Shown here: positions 47,471 through 60,879 of the stretch, in pieces
Layout: each line of letters opens with the position of its first letter
Position numbering within the stretch: position 1 is the stretch's first letter
DNA from: Octopus bimaculoides
Taxonomy: Eukaryota
Direction of reading: 5' to 3'
NCBI RefSeq assembly: GCF_001194135.2
Contig: NC_068986.1
Coordinates: forward strand, 99,150,283 to 99,214,282
Length of the DNA: 64,000 bases
Notes under the pieces: model-generated
Database searches by the model: none
What the model was told of the DNA's origin: nothing
The model's input: only the letters and a program-made list of their open reading frames with translations
Made by a program: the position numbers and the translations under genes

Positions 47471-49037
47471 GGATCTATTTTAAAACGGGGGCGCCAGTTT
47501 TCATTTATGTTTTATGTAGTGTTTTTGGTACGGAAAGACTTTCAAACTTCGTATACTTATCTATTTTGTGTTATAGAACAGAAAAATATTTTTGTATTCG
47601 AATTTATTTCATGTAAAAAATTGTCTTATTTCGATAATTTCTACTAATCACTGACGTCTATTCAGTTGAAAACAGTTAGCGCTGTAACGGTGTATATCGT
47701 ATTAATCCCCTAACCCTAACTAGACTGTTANNNNNNNNNNNNNNNNNNNNNNNNNNNNNNNNNNNNNNNNNNNNNNNNNNNNNNNNNNNNNNNNNNNNNN
47801 NNNNNNNNNNNNNNNNNNNNNNNNNNNNNNNNNNNNNNNNNNNNNNNNNNNNNNNNNNNNNNNNNNNNNNNNNNNNNNNNNNNNNNNNNNNNNNNNNNNN
47901 NNNNNNNNNNNNNNNNNNNNNNNNNNNNNNNNNNNNNNNNNNNNNNNNNNNNNNNNNNNNNNNNNNNNNNNNNNNNNNNNNNNNNNNNNNNNNNNNNNNN
48001 NNNNNNNNNNNNNNNNNNNNNNNNNNNNNNNNNNNNNNNNNNNNNNNNNNNNNNNNNNNNNNNNNAAAAATATTCATTTTCCTGAAAGGTATGAGGAAAC
48101 AAAATTGGGGTGGTGCACACTTGTGTAGTTATACCAGATAATGCAAATAGGATAACCAAGAGAGTCTTTCTGTGATCGCCCGACTTGCTAGAAATAGTAG
48201 TCGAATTTCCTTCAAATCAAATCTTACCGTCTGAAACAAGGTAGAACAAATTGAACATTTCTAAAAAGGAGGGATGGTTATGGTTGGACTACTTTTAATT
48301 ATAGGTTTACTCTATCAACCAGTGTTAGTTGTGTCAACGAATGTGTCAAAATATGCTCCATAGACCTGCTGGAAACAGCAGTCAAATCTTCGTCAAACTA
48401 TTATCGTCTTGGAAAAAGAAAGACACAATTTCTTTTCTGAGTTTATATCTCCCCATATTCAACACTGCATTCCATTCTTGTTATGCCGTAAAAGAACCAC
48501 AGTAGCATATTGGTTTCAAATTTTAGCAGAATCCCAGTAATTTCGGGGGAGGGGGTTAGTCGATTACGTCGACTCCATGCTCGACTAGTATTTATTTTAT
48601 CGACCTCGAAATATGAAAGATAAAGTCAACCCCCGCGGAATTTGAACTCAGAACTTGCCGCTAAGCATTAAGTCCCGCACGGTGGCGATTCTACTAGCTT
48701 GCCGCCTTAAATCAGAGAAGCATATTAAAAATGAATTCTCTTCCCAAGTTTGGTGATTTGTAAAGTTTACTTTCATTTTAACTGAGATAACGTGTTATAT
48801 GCAAAGAGACATAACATTTGTTCACCCTCTTCCCTTCCGTGAATCACTTCTATGTCACCATTCTACTATATTATTTATTTTTATTGCTTTTATACAATGT
48901 ATACATATATTTTGGAGGTGTCATTAATTTTGTTCTGAGTCTAGTTAATTCATCACACATGCACACACACGCACAATACATTAAAACTCTGGTTCGTTTC
49001 GTCATTTCAAGTTTTAGACGAAACCAAATCCGTCAGC

Positions 49038-49158
49038 ATGGCTTCTCTCGTCAAGCCAGTGTTTTTATTAAGATGTCAACAGTTAATATCTCGGTATTCG
49101 AAGACTATTATTCAGTCTCGAAAATTACCAGCCGCATGCTGTTCTACTTCCACTGATG
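49038..49158 (+). CDS. MRPS22: MRPS22 exon 1, mitochondrial presequence-like (MASLVKPVFLLRCQQLISRYSKTIIQSRKLPAACCSTSTD)
   Basis: ATG at 49038, GTAAGT donor, phase 1 matches exon 2. Confidence 0.85.
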
Positions 49159-52100
49159 GTAAGTGAGAACATTCATATACTTATTCATTTTAAAGCGTAC
49201 GATCATTGTTTCGTTCTCATGATGAAGGACAAATTTACCTGCAGCGGTCACGTTGCTTAGCTTTTGGTGATGTTAAGTTTTTTTCTACAAAGGATCAATC
49301 TTTCATAGAAAAGATATATTTATTTATATACAGTTGACTGAACTGATCTTCAAAATATTATACCTATTTAATTAACCGCCTCTAAAGGATTGTTGTTTTT
49401 AGTCCTACGTTAGTCCTCATTGCTCTACCTAACCACCACATTTTCCCTGTGTTCAGGGAACCCAGCACCTCATTATTAAACGTGCCCCACTTTTAAAGTT
49501 AGAATGGTATGATTTTAAGGAGTTCTGGTTACTACATCTAACTTCTATGCTTTTGATGGTTTGTCCTCAAATGGAGGTAAATTCTGTGCGCGGATAAAAT
49601 AATGTTATACAACGAAATGTGGCTACATTCTTACTTTATAATCATTATCATATTGCTTTGGTAATAATTAAGTTTTGCTTAGAAAAATTTCAAAAATGTT
49701 CAACTCTAGATTAAGTTCTTCACGTATCGTTGTGCAACACTTTCCAACCACACAGTTACGAGTTCAGTTCCACCGTGTGACACTTTTATTTATTATGATT
49801 GGCATCTTTCAGTTTCCATTTACCAAATCTACTTAAAAGCTTTTGGTTGGCTTAAGGTGATAGTAGAAGACTCTTATCCAAGGTGCTATGCAATAGGACT
49901 GAACCTAAAATTATGTGGTTGGGAAGCAAGTTCTATGTAATCTTAACAATGTCCATCCCCAGTCACCGGTATGTGACGGAATATTTTGATACTTTATAAT
50001 GTACAATACTATCACATGTGAAGGCGCATGGCTCAGTGGTGAGAGCGTCGAGCTTACGATTGCCAGGTTGTGAATTCGAATCCCAGACTGGGCTGCGTGT
50101 TGTGTTCTTGAGCAAGACACTTTATTTCACGTTGTTTCAGTTAACTCAGCTGTAGAAATGAGTTGCGACGTCACAGGTGCCTTTGCCTTTCCCTTGGATA
50201 ACACTGGTGACGTGGAGAGGGGAGGCCGGTATGCATGGGCGACTGCTGGTTTCCTATAAAGCAACTTTCTAGGTGCAATCCCATAGTCAGTCATGACCGA
50301 AGGGGTCTCAGCAGACTATCACAAAACAAAATGAAACTGAAATTAACAGTATATGTTATTTGAGTGGTTATTGTGATGTTTCTAGTTCTGATTAATATTA
50401 TTTTATTTGTTTTCAGATCCCATTAAACTCAAGGAAAATGAATCTACCTTACTGCCAAAGGATCCACTACCTATCTTTCTTAATGAAAACACACAAACAA
50501 TATTACAGAAAATTACAGGTTTTGATTTAGAGAAGATCTTCAGAACAAAGAAAATTCCACTGAGAAATCCTAAATATAAACTAATGGTCCAAGAGGAACT
50601 TGAAAAGGTAAATTGTATGGCTTTATGATATGTAGGGTGAGAGGTCCAACATACTGTCGAGTATAACCAGACCCTTGAGTACATTACTGTGTTGCAATTA
50701 CAATCTCTGAAGACGCTGATTCCTACTGCACTTTTCTCTCCATAGTGTCACTGTTTGTTAGAAGGTACTGTTAGAAATTACCTTCTTTTGCAGTCACTTC
50801 ACCAAATATGTAAGGGGTCCAACACTGTTAAATACCTCTTGAGGTTATTCTCAGCACTGATATCCAGCAAGCACAGGTTTTCAGGAGGCCTGTTCATGTT
50901 TACTGATATCCCACTGGACTACATAGAGGCATCAAATTTAGTGGTTACGACCAACTGATAAGTTATAATTTCCACTTCTTTCAACCTACAAATCAAGTCT
51001 ATGAACAACATGAATAAAGTGAATGATAAAACAAAACAATATAGCCAATAAGCCTATTGGACTATTGCCCTCCTTTGTGAACATTTATGGATTTTGATTA
51101 ATCTTGAACAAAGCTATTACCTTTTACTGAGAGGCAAACTAGACATCCCTTTTTTGAGACACAAATATCTCATCACTTATTTCTATCCCAATGGTTACAT
51201 ATTATATTCCAGCTTGACACTTAATGGTGTTGATTGCATGTTGATTCTATTCTTCCCACCTCTCATTTCTCTTATCTAATTGTCAGCAACAAAGCTTTAC
51301 AGTTACTTTGCTTAAATCTGCTTTCCTTAGTCCTAAAAATTCATCTGATGTCTTTACCACTCTGTGAACTCACACTACGATCAGCTGCTATTTGCCTACA
51401 TCATGTCTTGTTCTCGACGTCTGTCTCACATTATCCTTCTTTGAAGTCACCATCCTCAGTAATTTCAATATCCACAACTCCCCTATGCTGTTACACTGAC
51501 CAATGCTGCTGGTGCAGAAGCCAAATCTTTTGCCAGTGTGAAGTCATGCATCAATTATTATGATCATCCATTTGTATTCCTGGTTGACACTCCAAACTCT
51601 TTTGATGTTTTTTTTTTGATCTCCAAGCCTAGCATCTGCCAAATTATTACCATCCCTTCACCTATCTGATCATCTGACTCCTACCTTATCATGCACAACA
51701 CTTTAACACATAAAACCCTTTGATACTTCAAGTTTGTTAACTGATTAGAGTTCTGCCAATTTTATGTGAGGGCATCCAGCTATAGAAACCATGCCAAATC
51801 AGATTGAAACCTGGTGCAGCCCTCCAGCTTACCTGTTTCAATCAAACCATCTAAACCATGCTAGCATTGAAAGCAGATACTAAAGGATGCTGATGATGAT
51901 ATCACTGGTAATGAAATCATGTAGTCTAGAGGTTAAGGTGTTGTACAAACAATTGCAAGAACATGTTTCAATTCCTTGACAGAGCTGTGTGTTGTACTTT
52001 AGAGAAAATCACTTCAACATCGGACATGTGGCAATGTCATCAAAATCTTCAATCTTTATCTCTCTACTAGGATCTGTTCCATTGTTTGAAAACGTGTAAC

Positions 52101-55100
52101 ACTGTTAATGGACAAACATCCTGACCTGATGAACGATCAGCTTGCCATGCTGGCTTCCAATATCTCAAAGGTTATTAGTTGGATGAGCTAGAGGACTGTT
52201 TAAAATATTCTTCAAAACCTTAATTCTCTTTGCCACCTCAGTGACCACCAGGATGGCTTCTGTAGAGATAGATCCACTGGAGAGCTGTGATTTTATGTCA
52301 TTTATTATTTGTGAAAGCCATGTTGCAGGTTGTCTGGCATAAAATCCTCTTGGTTAAGCTGCCTCCTTTTAAACCTCATCCATCTCTTGTCTCTTGGATT
52401 GGAAAATATCTGTGAGACTGCTCTGTGTCTTTCTTTGATTTGTGTTCTGTCAACTCTGATGTTCATCAAGCTTTAGCTACATCTGTATTTTGCCTCATGG
52501 AGCTTAACTATCTACTCATTGTCATTCTAACAATGCTTACTCTTATGCAGACAATATTACCCTTTATTTATATAATAATATAACTCTGTTATCACTTTTT
52601 CTTCTTTTATCTTCTAGGAACAAGCAAAAGCAGTTGCACTGGGAAAAGCTCGACTTCAAATGCCTCCTGTAATGAAAGAAGAAAAGGATTTGTCAGATGT
52701 GGTGTTATCCAATGATACTTGTCTTGATAAATTGAACAAAAAAAAGCTGGTGTTTACTGATATTTCACTTGATGTTTCTCACAAGGTACATAAAATCCAA
52801 TTAAAATTTTTCTTTCTATTTATTATTGCAATTATCATCATCAACAAAAACCAAGTATAGAGGTTTATCTTTGGCTAGGTATTTCTCCTGCAGTTGCCAT
52901 ACCAGGAATATAGCATCAGTGGCGCTTCTAACTGGCACAAAACCGAACTGCATCTCATCTAAGCAGACTCTCTCTGTAATTAGTTGGGCTATTACCCTCT
53001 CCGTTACCTTCATCATCTGATCCAGCAGTTTGATACCCCTGTAGTTATTTCTTTCTAAAGTATCACCTTTGCAAGATCAGATTGGAGCCTGGTGCTGCCT
53101 CCTGGCTTGCCAGTCCCCAGTCAAACTGTCCAACCCATGCCAGCATGGAAAATGGACGTTAAACGATGATGATATATATATATATCATTCTTTGTAAGCC
53201 TAGTACTTATTCTATCGGTCTCTTTTGCCGAACCGCTAAGCTACAGAGATGTAAACACACCAGCATCGGTTGTCAAGCGAAGTTGAGGGGACAAACACAG
53301 ACACACAAACACACACATATATATACATTTATACGACGGGCTTCTTTCAGTTTCCGTCTACCAAATCCACTCACAAGGCTTTGGTCAGCCTGAGGCTATA
53401 GTAGAAGACACTTGCCCAAGGTGCCATAGAGTGGGACTGAACCCGGAACCATGTGGTTGCTAAGCAAGCTACTTACCACACAGCCATTCATTCATGCAAC
53501 TTAGTAAGTTCTGCAAAAATATATGGATACAATAAGTACAAGATTAAAGATGAGTACAGGGTTGATTCGACCAACTGAAACAATTTATTTTTCTATTTCA
53601 TCTAACAGAAAAGATTTATTGTGGTTCGAGAACCAGATGGCAAACTCCGGCATGCATCAGTTGATGAACGTACAAGACTTATACAGACTTATTTTCCTTT
53701 TGAAGGGCGTAAAATATTGAGTCCCAAAATGTTTCAAGGGGAACAATTAGAGGTAAGTTTCTGTGGTGCAGAAAAAAGAAAGACCCAATTATTTTTCAGT
53801 TTAATTATTAGACAACATAGTAATCTTCCTTAATCAAGGATACTCTGTTTTGGTTATTGTTTATTTATTTATACCTTTGACGTCTTGGTGGAATCAGTAG
53901 AGCATCAGACAAAATGCCTTGCAATATTTAGACATGTCCTTTTATGTTCTGAGTTGAGGTCAACTTTTGCTTTTCATCCTTGAATAGTTCAATATACAGT
54001 TTGAGACCTGTTAACGAAAACAACCCCCCCACCAAAAAAAAAAAAACAGCCTACTAGGTGTAAAAAAAAAATGTGTAGAAAACGAATATATAAAAAAAAA
54101 ATTGTGCAAATGAATAGGTGGGGTGGGGAGAAGACTTTCGGAAAATTCACAAGATCTGTGCTTTCATAAGGCCTAAATGTGAACTCCTAATGATCCTTAG
54201 ATGTTGATATCTAATATTTTAAACTTTAAAAAAATTTAATAAAGTTCATTAAATGTTGTCATTGTTTGACCTAGCAAGCCTATGATCAAAGGCCTCTAGT
54301 TATGATAGTCTCATTTTATTCTCAAGCATCGTGTACTCTGAACTACATTATTGAATGCATCTCTTTTTTTAAGACAGTGGTGGTGTATGATTTCAAAGGA
54401 GATGAAGCTTTATTTCTAGCAGGTTAAGCAACCACATGCAAACTTTCTAATTGGTTTGAGATTAAATGTATTTTCTTTCTTATGTAATTTTATAATTTTG
54501 TTTTTCAGAAATTACTTGAGAAAGGTTCCTTTGAGTACATCTTGGATAAAGCTTGTATCCAGTTTGAACCAGATCATCCTGACTACATTCGGGTAATTGA
54601 ATTTTATATATTCTTTTCTACTCTAGGCACAAGGCCTGAAATTTTAGTGGCGGAGCAGTCAATTAGATTGACCCCATTTCACAACTGGTACTTAATTTAT
54701 TAACCCCGAAAGGATGAAAGGCAAAGTCAACCTTGGTGGAATTTGAACTCGGGACGTAAAGACAGACGAATTTTATATATTAAAACAGAAATTCTATCCA
54801 ATAACTAATATTATTTTTCTGTATATATGAGGGGGAAAAAACTGCATCCCCCGCCCACGCCAATGTTCTATAATATTAGGTTTAATTTTTAACTGTGTAC
54901 GTATGTGTACACACATGAAAGTACTCAATACACTTTTGTTTTAAAAAAAAAAGGTCACATAGGGCATTCAGCTGTAGAAACTCTGCCAGATCAGATTGGA
55001 GCCTGGTGCAGCCATCTGATTCGCCAGTCCTCAGGGAAATCGTCCAACCCATGCTAGCATGTAAAGCGGACATTAAATGATGATGACGATGATTGTTTAT

Positions 55101-58100
55101 CTGTCTTTATATATACACTAGCTGAAATACTGCCCTCAAGCAATTTTCTGCTCGTCCCTTGATAATATTTTCACATTTGGTTCCCAATTCTAATAATTTT
55201 TATGATATTTTACATCTAATTATTTCTTTGTATAATAGTGCTCACTTGCTTAGTATATATTACTTTCATTATTTTATCACAGTCAAAATCTCTCTTTTTT
55301 TAAACATCACAGTAGTCCAACAACAGAGGGAGAAGCAGTTTGTCTAGTTTTACCTTCCCCTCAAAGCAGCATAGAGATTTCAATTCAGCAGTCCATCTGT
55401 AAGCTTTGCAGTGTGTGTGTGTGTGTGAGAGAGAGAGAGAACATTGCAATCTATGAATGAAATAAACATGAAATGAACAAATTGTATAAACAAAAGGGCA
55501 TTACTACAGATGTATATGCCCCCAACTTTGTTGTATCATAACATCCAGAAAAATGGATACTTTTAACAAAATTTTCTACAGATTGGCTCCTGTGCAGGTA
55601 GCACATAAAAAACATCTTTTGAGCGTGGTTGTTGCCAGAATCACCTGACTGGCCCTCGTGCCAGTGGCATGTAAAAGCACTCACTACACTCTCGGAGTGG
55701 TTGGCGTTAGGAAGGGCATTCAGCTGTAGAAACTTTGCCAGATCAGATTGAACCTCGTGCAGCCTCTGGCTCACCAGTCCTCAGTCAAACCGTCCAACCC
55801 ACGCCAGCATGGAAAGCGGACGTTAAATGACGATGATGGTTTAGTGGGAAAAGACATCTATGACCTCTACAGGGTCTTTGAGATCGGTAGGAGGAAGGTG
55901 AAGAAGAAACTATAACTTATAGGCTACAGTGATAAAAATCAAAACAGCATATTAAGGTTTTGATTTATTTTCAGATCAGTTACCTGCTTTACATGCTTTC
56001 GACTGTGTGGGCTCTGTTAAAAGCACCCAAGGCCCAGGTGATGGGGTTAATTGAGTGATAGATAAGGTCTATCTCATAAGTGTGTGTGTGTGCGCATAGG
56101 TATGTTAACATTTTTAATATTTATCCTTATGCAATTTCATTTTCCAGGTAACACAAAGGACATATGAATTTATTCAACAAGTCGGCGCTTTTGATACACT
56201 GCGATCTACACGTCACTTTGGTCCAATGGCATTCTACTATATATGGTATAACAAAGTTGACCGGCTGTTGATGGACATGATCGAACGGAACCTGTAAATA
56301 TTTGATTATAATTATTTCTTTCTCCCAATTCAGTGCTAGGCCCTCCAGTAACTGTTTTCAAACTTTTTCATCATCATTGTTTAAATGTCCACTTTTTCAT
56401 GCTCTGAAGTCATTGCAGCAGATTTTCTATGGCTAGAACCTCTTGCCAAACCTCACCAGTTTTCAAGCAAGGTGAAATTACCCCATGGCTAAGCATATTT
56501 CCACAGAATATTTGAAATGGAGGACACGGCTTATATAAAATCGATTTTAGAATTCGACTAGATGAAATGCAGTTTGGCTTTGTCCTGGTGAGAAGCACCA
56601 TGAATGATATTTTCACAATCAGGTAACTGCAAGAAAAATATTTAGCTATTAGCTAAGAACAAACTGTTGTATTTGGCATTTGTTGATCTAGAGAAAGCTT
56701 TCAACAGAGTACCTCACTCTGTAATATAGTGATGTCTGAGGAAGCTAGGGATAGATAAATGATTTATGAAAGTAGTACAGGCCATGTACAGGGATGTTGT
56801 TAGTAAGGTAAGAGTTGGCCATGAATACAGTGATGAATTTAGTGTACAGATAGGTGTTCATCTCTTATTCATCATTGTTCTCCAGGCCATAACAGAGGAA
56901 TTTGAGACTGGAAGCCGATGGGAACTACTATATGCTGTTGATCTTGTCCTCATAGCAGAATCTGTCAAAATTAGAAAAGAAATTCCAGGTATGGAAACAG
57001 AACCTGGAATCAAAGAGTCTTGAAGTAAACTCAGCAAAAACCAAGGTCCTACCTAGTAAGCAAGAAGTCGTACAGGACCCTTCATCCTTCTGGTAAACGG
57101 CCCTGCTCGATATGAAGGAAGGGTGTTGGCAAAAGTCCCTCTCGGGGTACCCAGTTCAAGCTATGGACACACAAGAGGTGCAGTGAAATAGCAGGAAGGT
57201 AAACAGAGAAAGAAATGTTTTTTATGTGGAAGATGTACTGGAGCTATAAAGACCACATCATGGGAAACTGATTTCCTCAAATGCCCCAGTGGCTCTCTGG
57301 AAGTTGTAGATAATTTTTGCTAATTAGGTGACCTAATTAACAGAGGAGAAGGTTGTACAGAAAAGGTAATTGCTAGAATAAAAATAGGATGAAGAAAGTT
57401 CAGAGAGCTCTGTTGGCAACCAAAGGACCCCCTCTTTGAATGAAGGGAAAAGTGTTTGATGCCTGTGTATGAACTGCGATGTGGGCTCTGAATGTGGAGG
57501 ACATATGATGGCTGGAGAGGAACAAAACTGGTATGCTCCACTAGATGTGCTATGTCAGTGTGTATGTGCGACAGAGAACTGATGTATTGAGAGAGAAATT
57601 GGCCATCAGAGGAATTATATGCAGTGTGCAAAAGAAGTGACCACTGATTTGGTCATGTGATGCAGATGGATGAGGTTAGCTGCATAAAGAAATGCTGATC
57701 ACTTGGAAGGAAGTTATGGAAGAGGGAAACCCAGGAAGACATGGGATGAATTACTGAAGGCAGATCTCAAAACACTGAACCCTATGAAGGAGATGACAAA
57801 CAACTGAGATATGTGATGCATTGTTTAATTTGAGAAGACCTACCTGCTACAACAATTGAGAGCCTGAAAGTAAGGTGCCATGTAAAAAGCATTGGTGTGG
57901 GTACTGGTACCACATAAAATGTACCCAGTATGTTCTCTAAAGTGGTTGGTGTTAGGAAGGGCATCCAAATGTAGAAACCAATCCAAAACAGACTACAGAG
58001 CCTGGTGTGGCTCCTGGCCTTGCCTGTTCCTGTTAAGCTGTCTGACCCATGTCAGCTGGAGAATGGACGTTAAGTAATGATGATGACTCTAAGTTAGTAA

Positions 58101-59240
58101 CAATTTGTCATTTTACTCCAATAAATATGGATTTGGTTTGATTAGGTACTGAGGTTAGAATTTTAAAAGAGAATATTTCATAAAGTTATTTATTTCACTG
58201 TTGTTGAGTGTTGATCAGTTGAGTGTTATTTAACTTCGCTAGTTACAATCACCAACACAAAACATTCTCACAGTTTATCTTCACCTTACAGAATATCTGA
58301 TGCTGCTGATGTGGTCCGACTTTATAATTTAATTCACGCTGATTCATCTTGTGCTGAGACTAGTCAGGATGTTGACAATGATCTTGACCTGTTAAAGGTG
58401 AGCTAATTCTTTGTCCAGTTTATGTGTTCTTAATTTCTTTGTTTGGTCAACTAAAAAAAAGAATTAAAGAGTTGCTGTGTGGTTTTGATATGTCAGTCTT
58501 GTTACTAGTTATGGTGGTCCATTGAAAAGTGAGTACGTTCTAGCTGTACTTTTCATAGGAAAAGTCACCAGCACTGCAACAACAAGACTTTGGCTGGCCT
58601 GAAGTTATAGAAGACACTTGCCCAAGTTGCTACACACTGGAATTGAATCCAAAACTATATGGTAGTGAAGTGACCACGCAGACATACTTTTGCCTTTATA
58701 NNNNNNNNNNNNNNNNNNNNNNNNNNNNNNNNNNNNNNNNNNNNNNNNNNNNNNNNNNNNNNNNNNNNNNNNNNNNNNNNNNNNNNNNNNNNNNNNNNNN
58801 NNNNNNNNNNNNNNNNNNNNNNNNNNNNNNNNNNNNNNNNNNNNNNNNNNNNNNNNNNNNNNNNNNNNNNNNNNNNNNNNNNNNNNNNNNNNNNNNNNNN
58901 NNNNNNNNNNNNNNNNNNNNNNNNNNNNNNNNNNNNNNNNNNNNNNNNNNNNNNNNNNNNNNNNNNNNNNNNNNNNNNNNNNNNNNNNNNNNNNNNNNNN
59001 NNNNNNNNNNNNNNNNNNNNNNNNNNNNNNNNNNNNNNNNNNNNNNNNNNNNNNNNNNNNNNNNNNNNNNNNNNNNNNNNNNNNNNNNNNNNNNNNNNNN
59101 NNNNNNNNNNNNNNNNNNNNNNNNNNNNNNNNNNNNNNNNNNNNNNNNNNNNNNNNNNNNNNNNNNNNNNNGCTTCAACACACGAAACCACATAAAGAAT
59201 CTTGTAAACCAAACCCCAAAACAAAATATGTATGTATATA

Positions 59241-59281
<41 letters not shown>

Positions 59282-60630
59282 ATGGCCGTCCACTTGTGAC
59301 CGAGGAAGACCATTGCCGACCTTCAGGAACATTGTGCGCTCTAGGACTAACTTATATTTTGCATTTGCGGCTCCACTGGTGGCTAATGAGCCCTGCTCTT
59401 GACAAGCATACACGACTGCAAACATTGCAGACCAAGCTTTCCTCATTCACTATACGAGCCGTGCGCTTTCGCGCAGCTCGCTTTCGCGCAGCTCGCTTAA
59501 GTTCTTCACACTGGATACGTGCTTTCTCAAAAGTGTTGGTCCCCTCCTTAACCTGCTTCCTCCATCTGTGGCGATGACAGGCATCGCCTATCATTGCCTG
59601 TCACACACACATATATATATATATATAATGTAAATAGTGTACACTTATTTTTAATATGTTCCTACATTCACTGCAAGATTTCGTTTCTGAGAACAAAATT
59701 CTTCCTATAGACTTAGTGAGTAAAAACATGTGGTTCAAGGGTCATTGACAGACTGCCAAACATGGGGCTCTTGGATATGATTTTACCTTCTCATTAAGAG
59801 ATATCACCTCAGTCATTTACGAGTTTCATGCCTCAGATAAACAGGTGATAATAGTTCTGTATTTATTCATGTAAAAATAAGATTATTTTGCTCATGATTT
59901 TTAACGGGAAAAAAATTGGGGTGAAGCTTACACGGCTCGAACCTAAAACTATGACGGGAAAATATTTTGTACCCGCAGTGAACACTTTATACGCAAGTAA
60001 ATAGTGTATCTACTTCACATGGAAGGGACGCAACTTGCCAACTAACCGTCGGTGTGTAGGGTTGTCTCCCTTATTGCTGCACATGGGGTTTCACATATAA
60101 CCCTATAGCATGTTGGTCACGTAGAAATATTACCTTGCTTGGAATCAGATGAGCATTGACAACAGAAGGAGAAATCTGGCTGAAGAAAATCTCTCAATAA
60201 ACTCCATCTGATGATGATGAGGATAGATAGATAAATGGAAAGCAGAATCAGTAGAGCAAGGGATAAAATATACTATGGTCGTTGTTTACGTCCTTCCTTT
60301 CTCAGGTTGATATTGCCTTTCTGCATTCCAAGAGCGATAAGATGAATATCAGAACAGTGGGTTTTGACTAAAATCCTTGAGGCTATTGCTCCAGTGTGAC
60401 CGTGATCAGATGACTGAAACCAATTAAAGAATAAAGGATCTAAAGTATCAAATTCTGATAAGCCATTGTAAAATTCCTGTGACATTTTTAAAATTTGACC
60501 TCTTCATTTTGTTTTTTCACAGATCTTTTGTGTTACCAGTTCCACAGAGAAGCCTCACCTAGAGTTGACTCTGCAAGTGTACGAAGACAAACAAAATGGT
60601 GAAGAATATCAAGAATCCAGTGTATCATAA
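49038..60630 (+). CDS. MRPS22: Mitochondrial small ribosomal subunit protein mS22, 8 coding exons, 355 aa
   Basis: Exons 49038-49158, 50417-50607, 52618-52785, 53609-53752, 54509-54592, 56148-56293, 58292-58397, 60523-60630. All introns are GT-AG, phases are consistent, and the total is 1068 nt. Motifs: LQKITGFDLEKIFR, RLQMPPVMKE, VFTDIS, RFIVVREPDGKLRHAS, LDKACIQFEPDHPDYIRV, LRSTRHFGPM. The N-terminus is basic, S/T-rich and acid-poor, like a presequence. Confidence 0.96.
50020..50300 (+). mobile_element. tRNA-derived SINE sharing the family E core
   Basis: GGCGCATGGCTCAGTGG head, GTGTTCTTGAGCAAGACACTT core. Confidence 0.75.
50417..50607 (+). CDS. MRPS22: MRPS22 exon 2
   Basis: tttcag/GTAAAT; PIKLKENES...LMVQEELEK. 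Confidence 0.95.
52618..52785 (+). CDS. MRPS22: MRPS22 exon 3
   Basis: ttctag/GTACAT; EQAKAVALGKARLQMPPVMKE...VFTDISLDVSHK. Confidence 0.95.
52830..53040 (-). mobile_element. RTE reverse transcriptase fragment
   Basis: LDEMQFGFVPVRSATDAIFLVWQLQEKYLAKDKPLYL. Confidence 0.88.
53185..53487 (-). mobile_element. SINE family C, 3'-truncated
   Basis: Matches 8226-8608. Confidence 0.88.
53609..53752 (+). CDS. MRPS22: MRPS22 exon 4
   Basis: taacag/GTAAGT; KRFIVVREPDGKLRHAS...GEQLE. Confidence 0.95.
54509..54592 (+). CDS. MRPS22: MRPS22 exon 5
   Basis: tttcag/GTAATT; KLLEKGSFEYILDKACIQFEPDHPDYIR. Confidence 0.95.
55580..55838 (+). mobile_element. Family D RTE tail
   Basis: Ends GGAAAGCGGACGTTAAATGACGATGATG. 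Confidence 0.85.
56148..56293 (+). CDS. MRPS22: MRPS22 exon 6
   Basis: ttccag/GTAAAT; VTQRTYEFIQQVGAFDTLRSTRHFGPMAFYYIWYNKVDRLLMDMIERN. Confidence 0.95.
56540..58087 (+). mobile_element. 5'-truncated RTE LINE (RT through 3' tail), MRPS22 intron 6
   Basis: DEMQFGF, LAFVDLEKAF, MYRDVVSKVRVG, WELLYAVDLVLIAE, ending in a family D tail with (TGA)n; many stops. Confidence 0.9.
58292..58397 (+). CDS. MRPS22: MRPS22 exon 7
   Basis: ttacag/GTGAGC; ISDAADVVRLYNLIHADSS...DLLK; phase 2 to 0. Confidence 0.92.
59275..59600 (-). mobile_element. BovB-like RTE 3' end
   Basis: FEKARIQCEELKRAARK..VCNVCSRVCLSRAGLISH, short UTR, (CAT)n tail. Confidence 0.8.
60523..60630 (+). CDS. MRPS22: MRPS22 exon 8 (terminal)
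   Basis: tcacag acceptor; IFCVTSSTEKPHLELTLQVYEDKQNGEEYQESSVS*; tandem TAA TGA. Confidence 0.88.
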   Translation: MFCVTSSTEKPHLELTLQVYEDKQNGEEYQESSVS

Positions 60631-60721
60631 TGATTTTAAAAATGAAAAAATAGAAAAAAATACCCCAATTATTTGCAGTTATCTAAAATAGATATTTTTT
60701 ATCAATGAACTTTACGTAGAA

Positions 60722-60731
60722 ATTAAATAAA
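60722..60731 (+). terminator. Probable MRPS22 polyadenylation signals (ATTAAA/AATAAA)
   Basis: About 95 nt after the stop, followed by a T-rich tract. Confidence 0.5.
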
Positions 60732-60879
60732 AATTATCTTTAAAAAACATTTTGTTTATTTATTTATGTATTTTGATATTATATATTTCTTTTTATACAT
60801 TATATATTTACGCATTCAGAATTTTTATATTCACATACATATTTATGAAGTATAAATGCTTGGACTTAGGATGCATCCA

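Noticed and set aside
50625-50712. Possible intronic C/D snoRNA (ATGATA...CTGA) in MRPS22 intron 2
   Set aside because: Box C is non-consensus, there is no terminal stem, and no guide was identifiable.
51770-58087. Five family D tails in MRPS22 introns all on the sense strand
   Set aside because: Small sample, and a related minus-strand copy exists at about 56370-56520; not distinguishable from chance.
1516-59577. Long ORFs in the track composed of X runs or YI/HT/CV/II/LS repeats
   Set aside because: Artefacts of N gaps and microsatellites.
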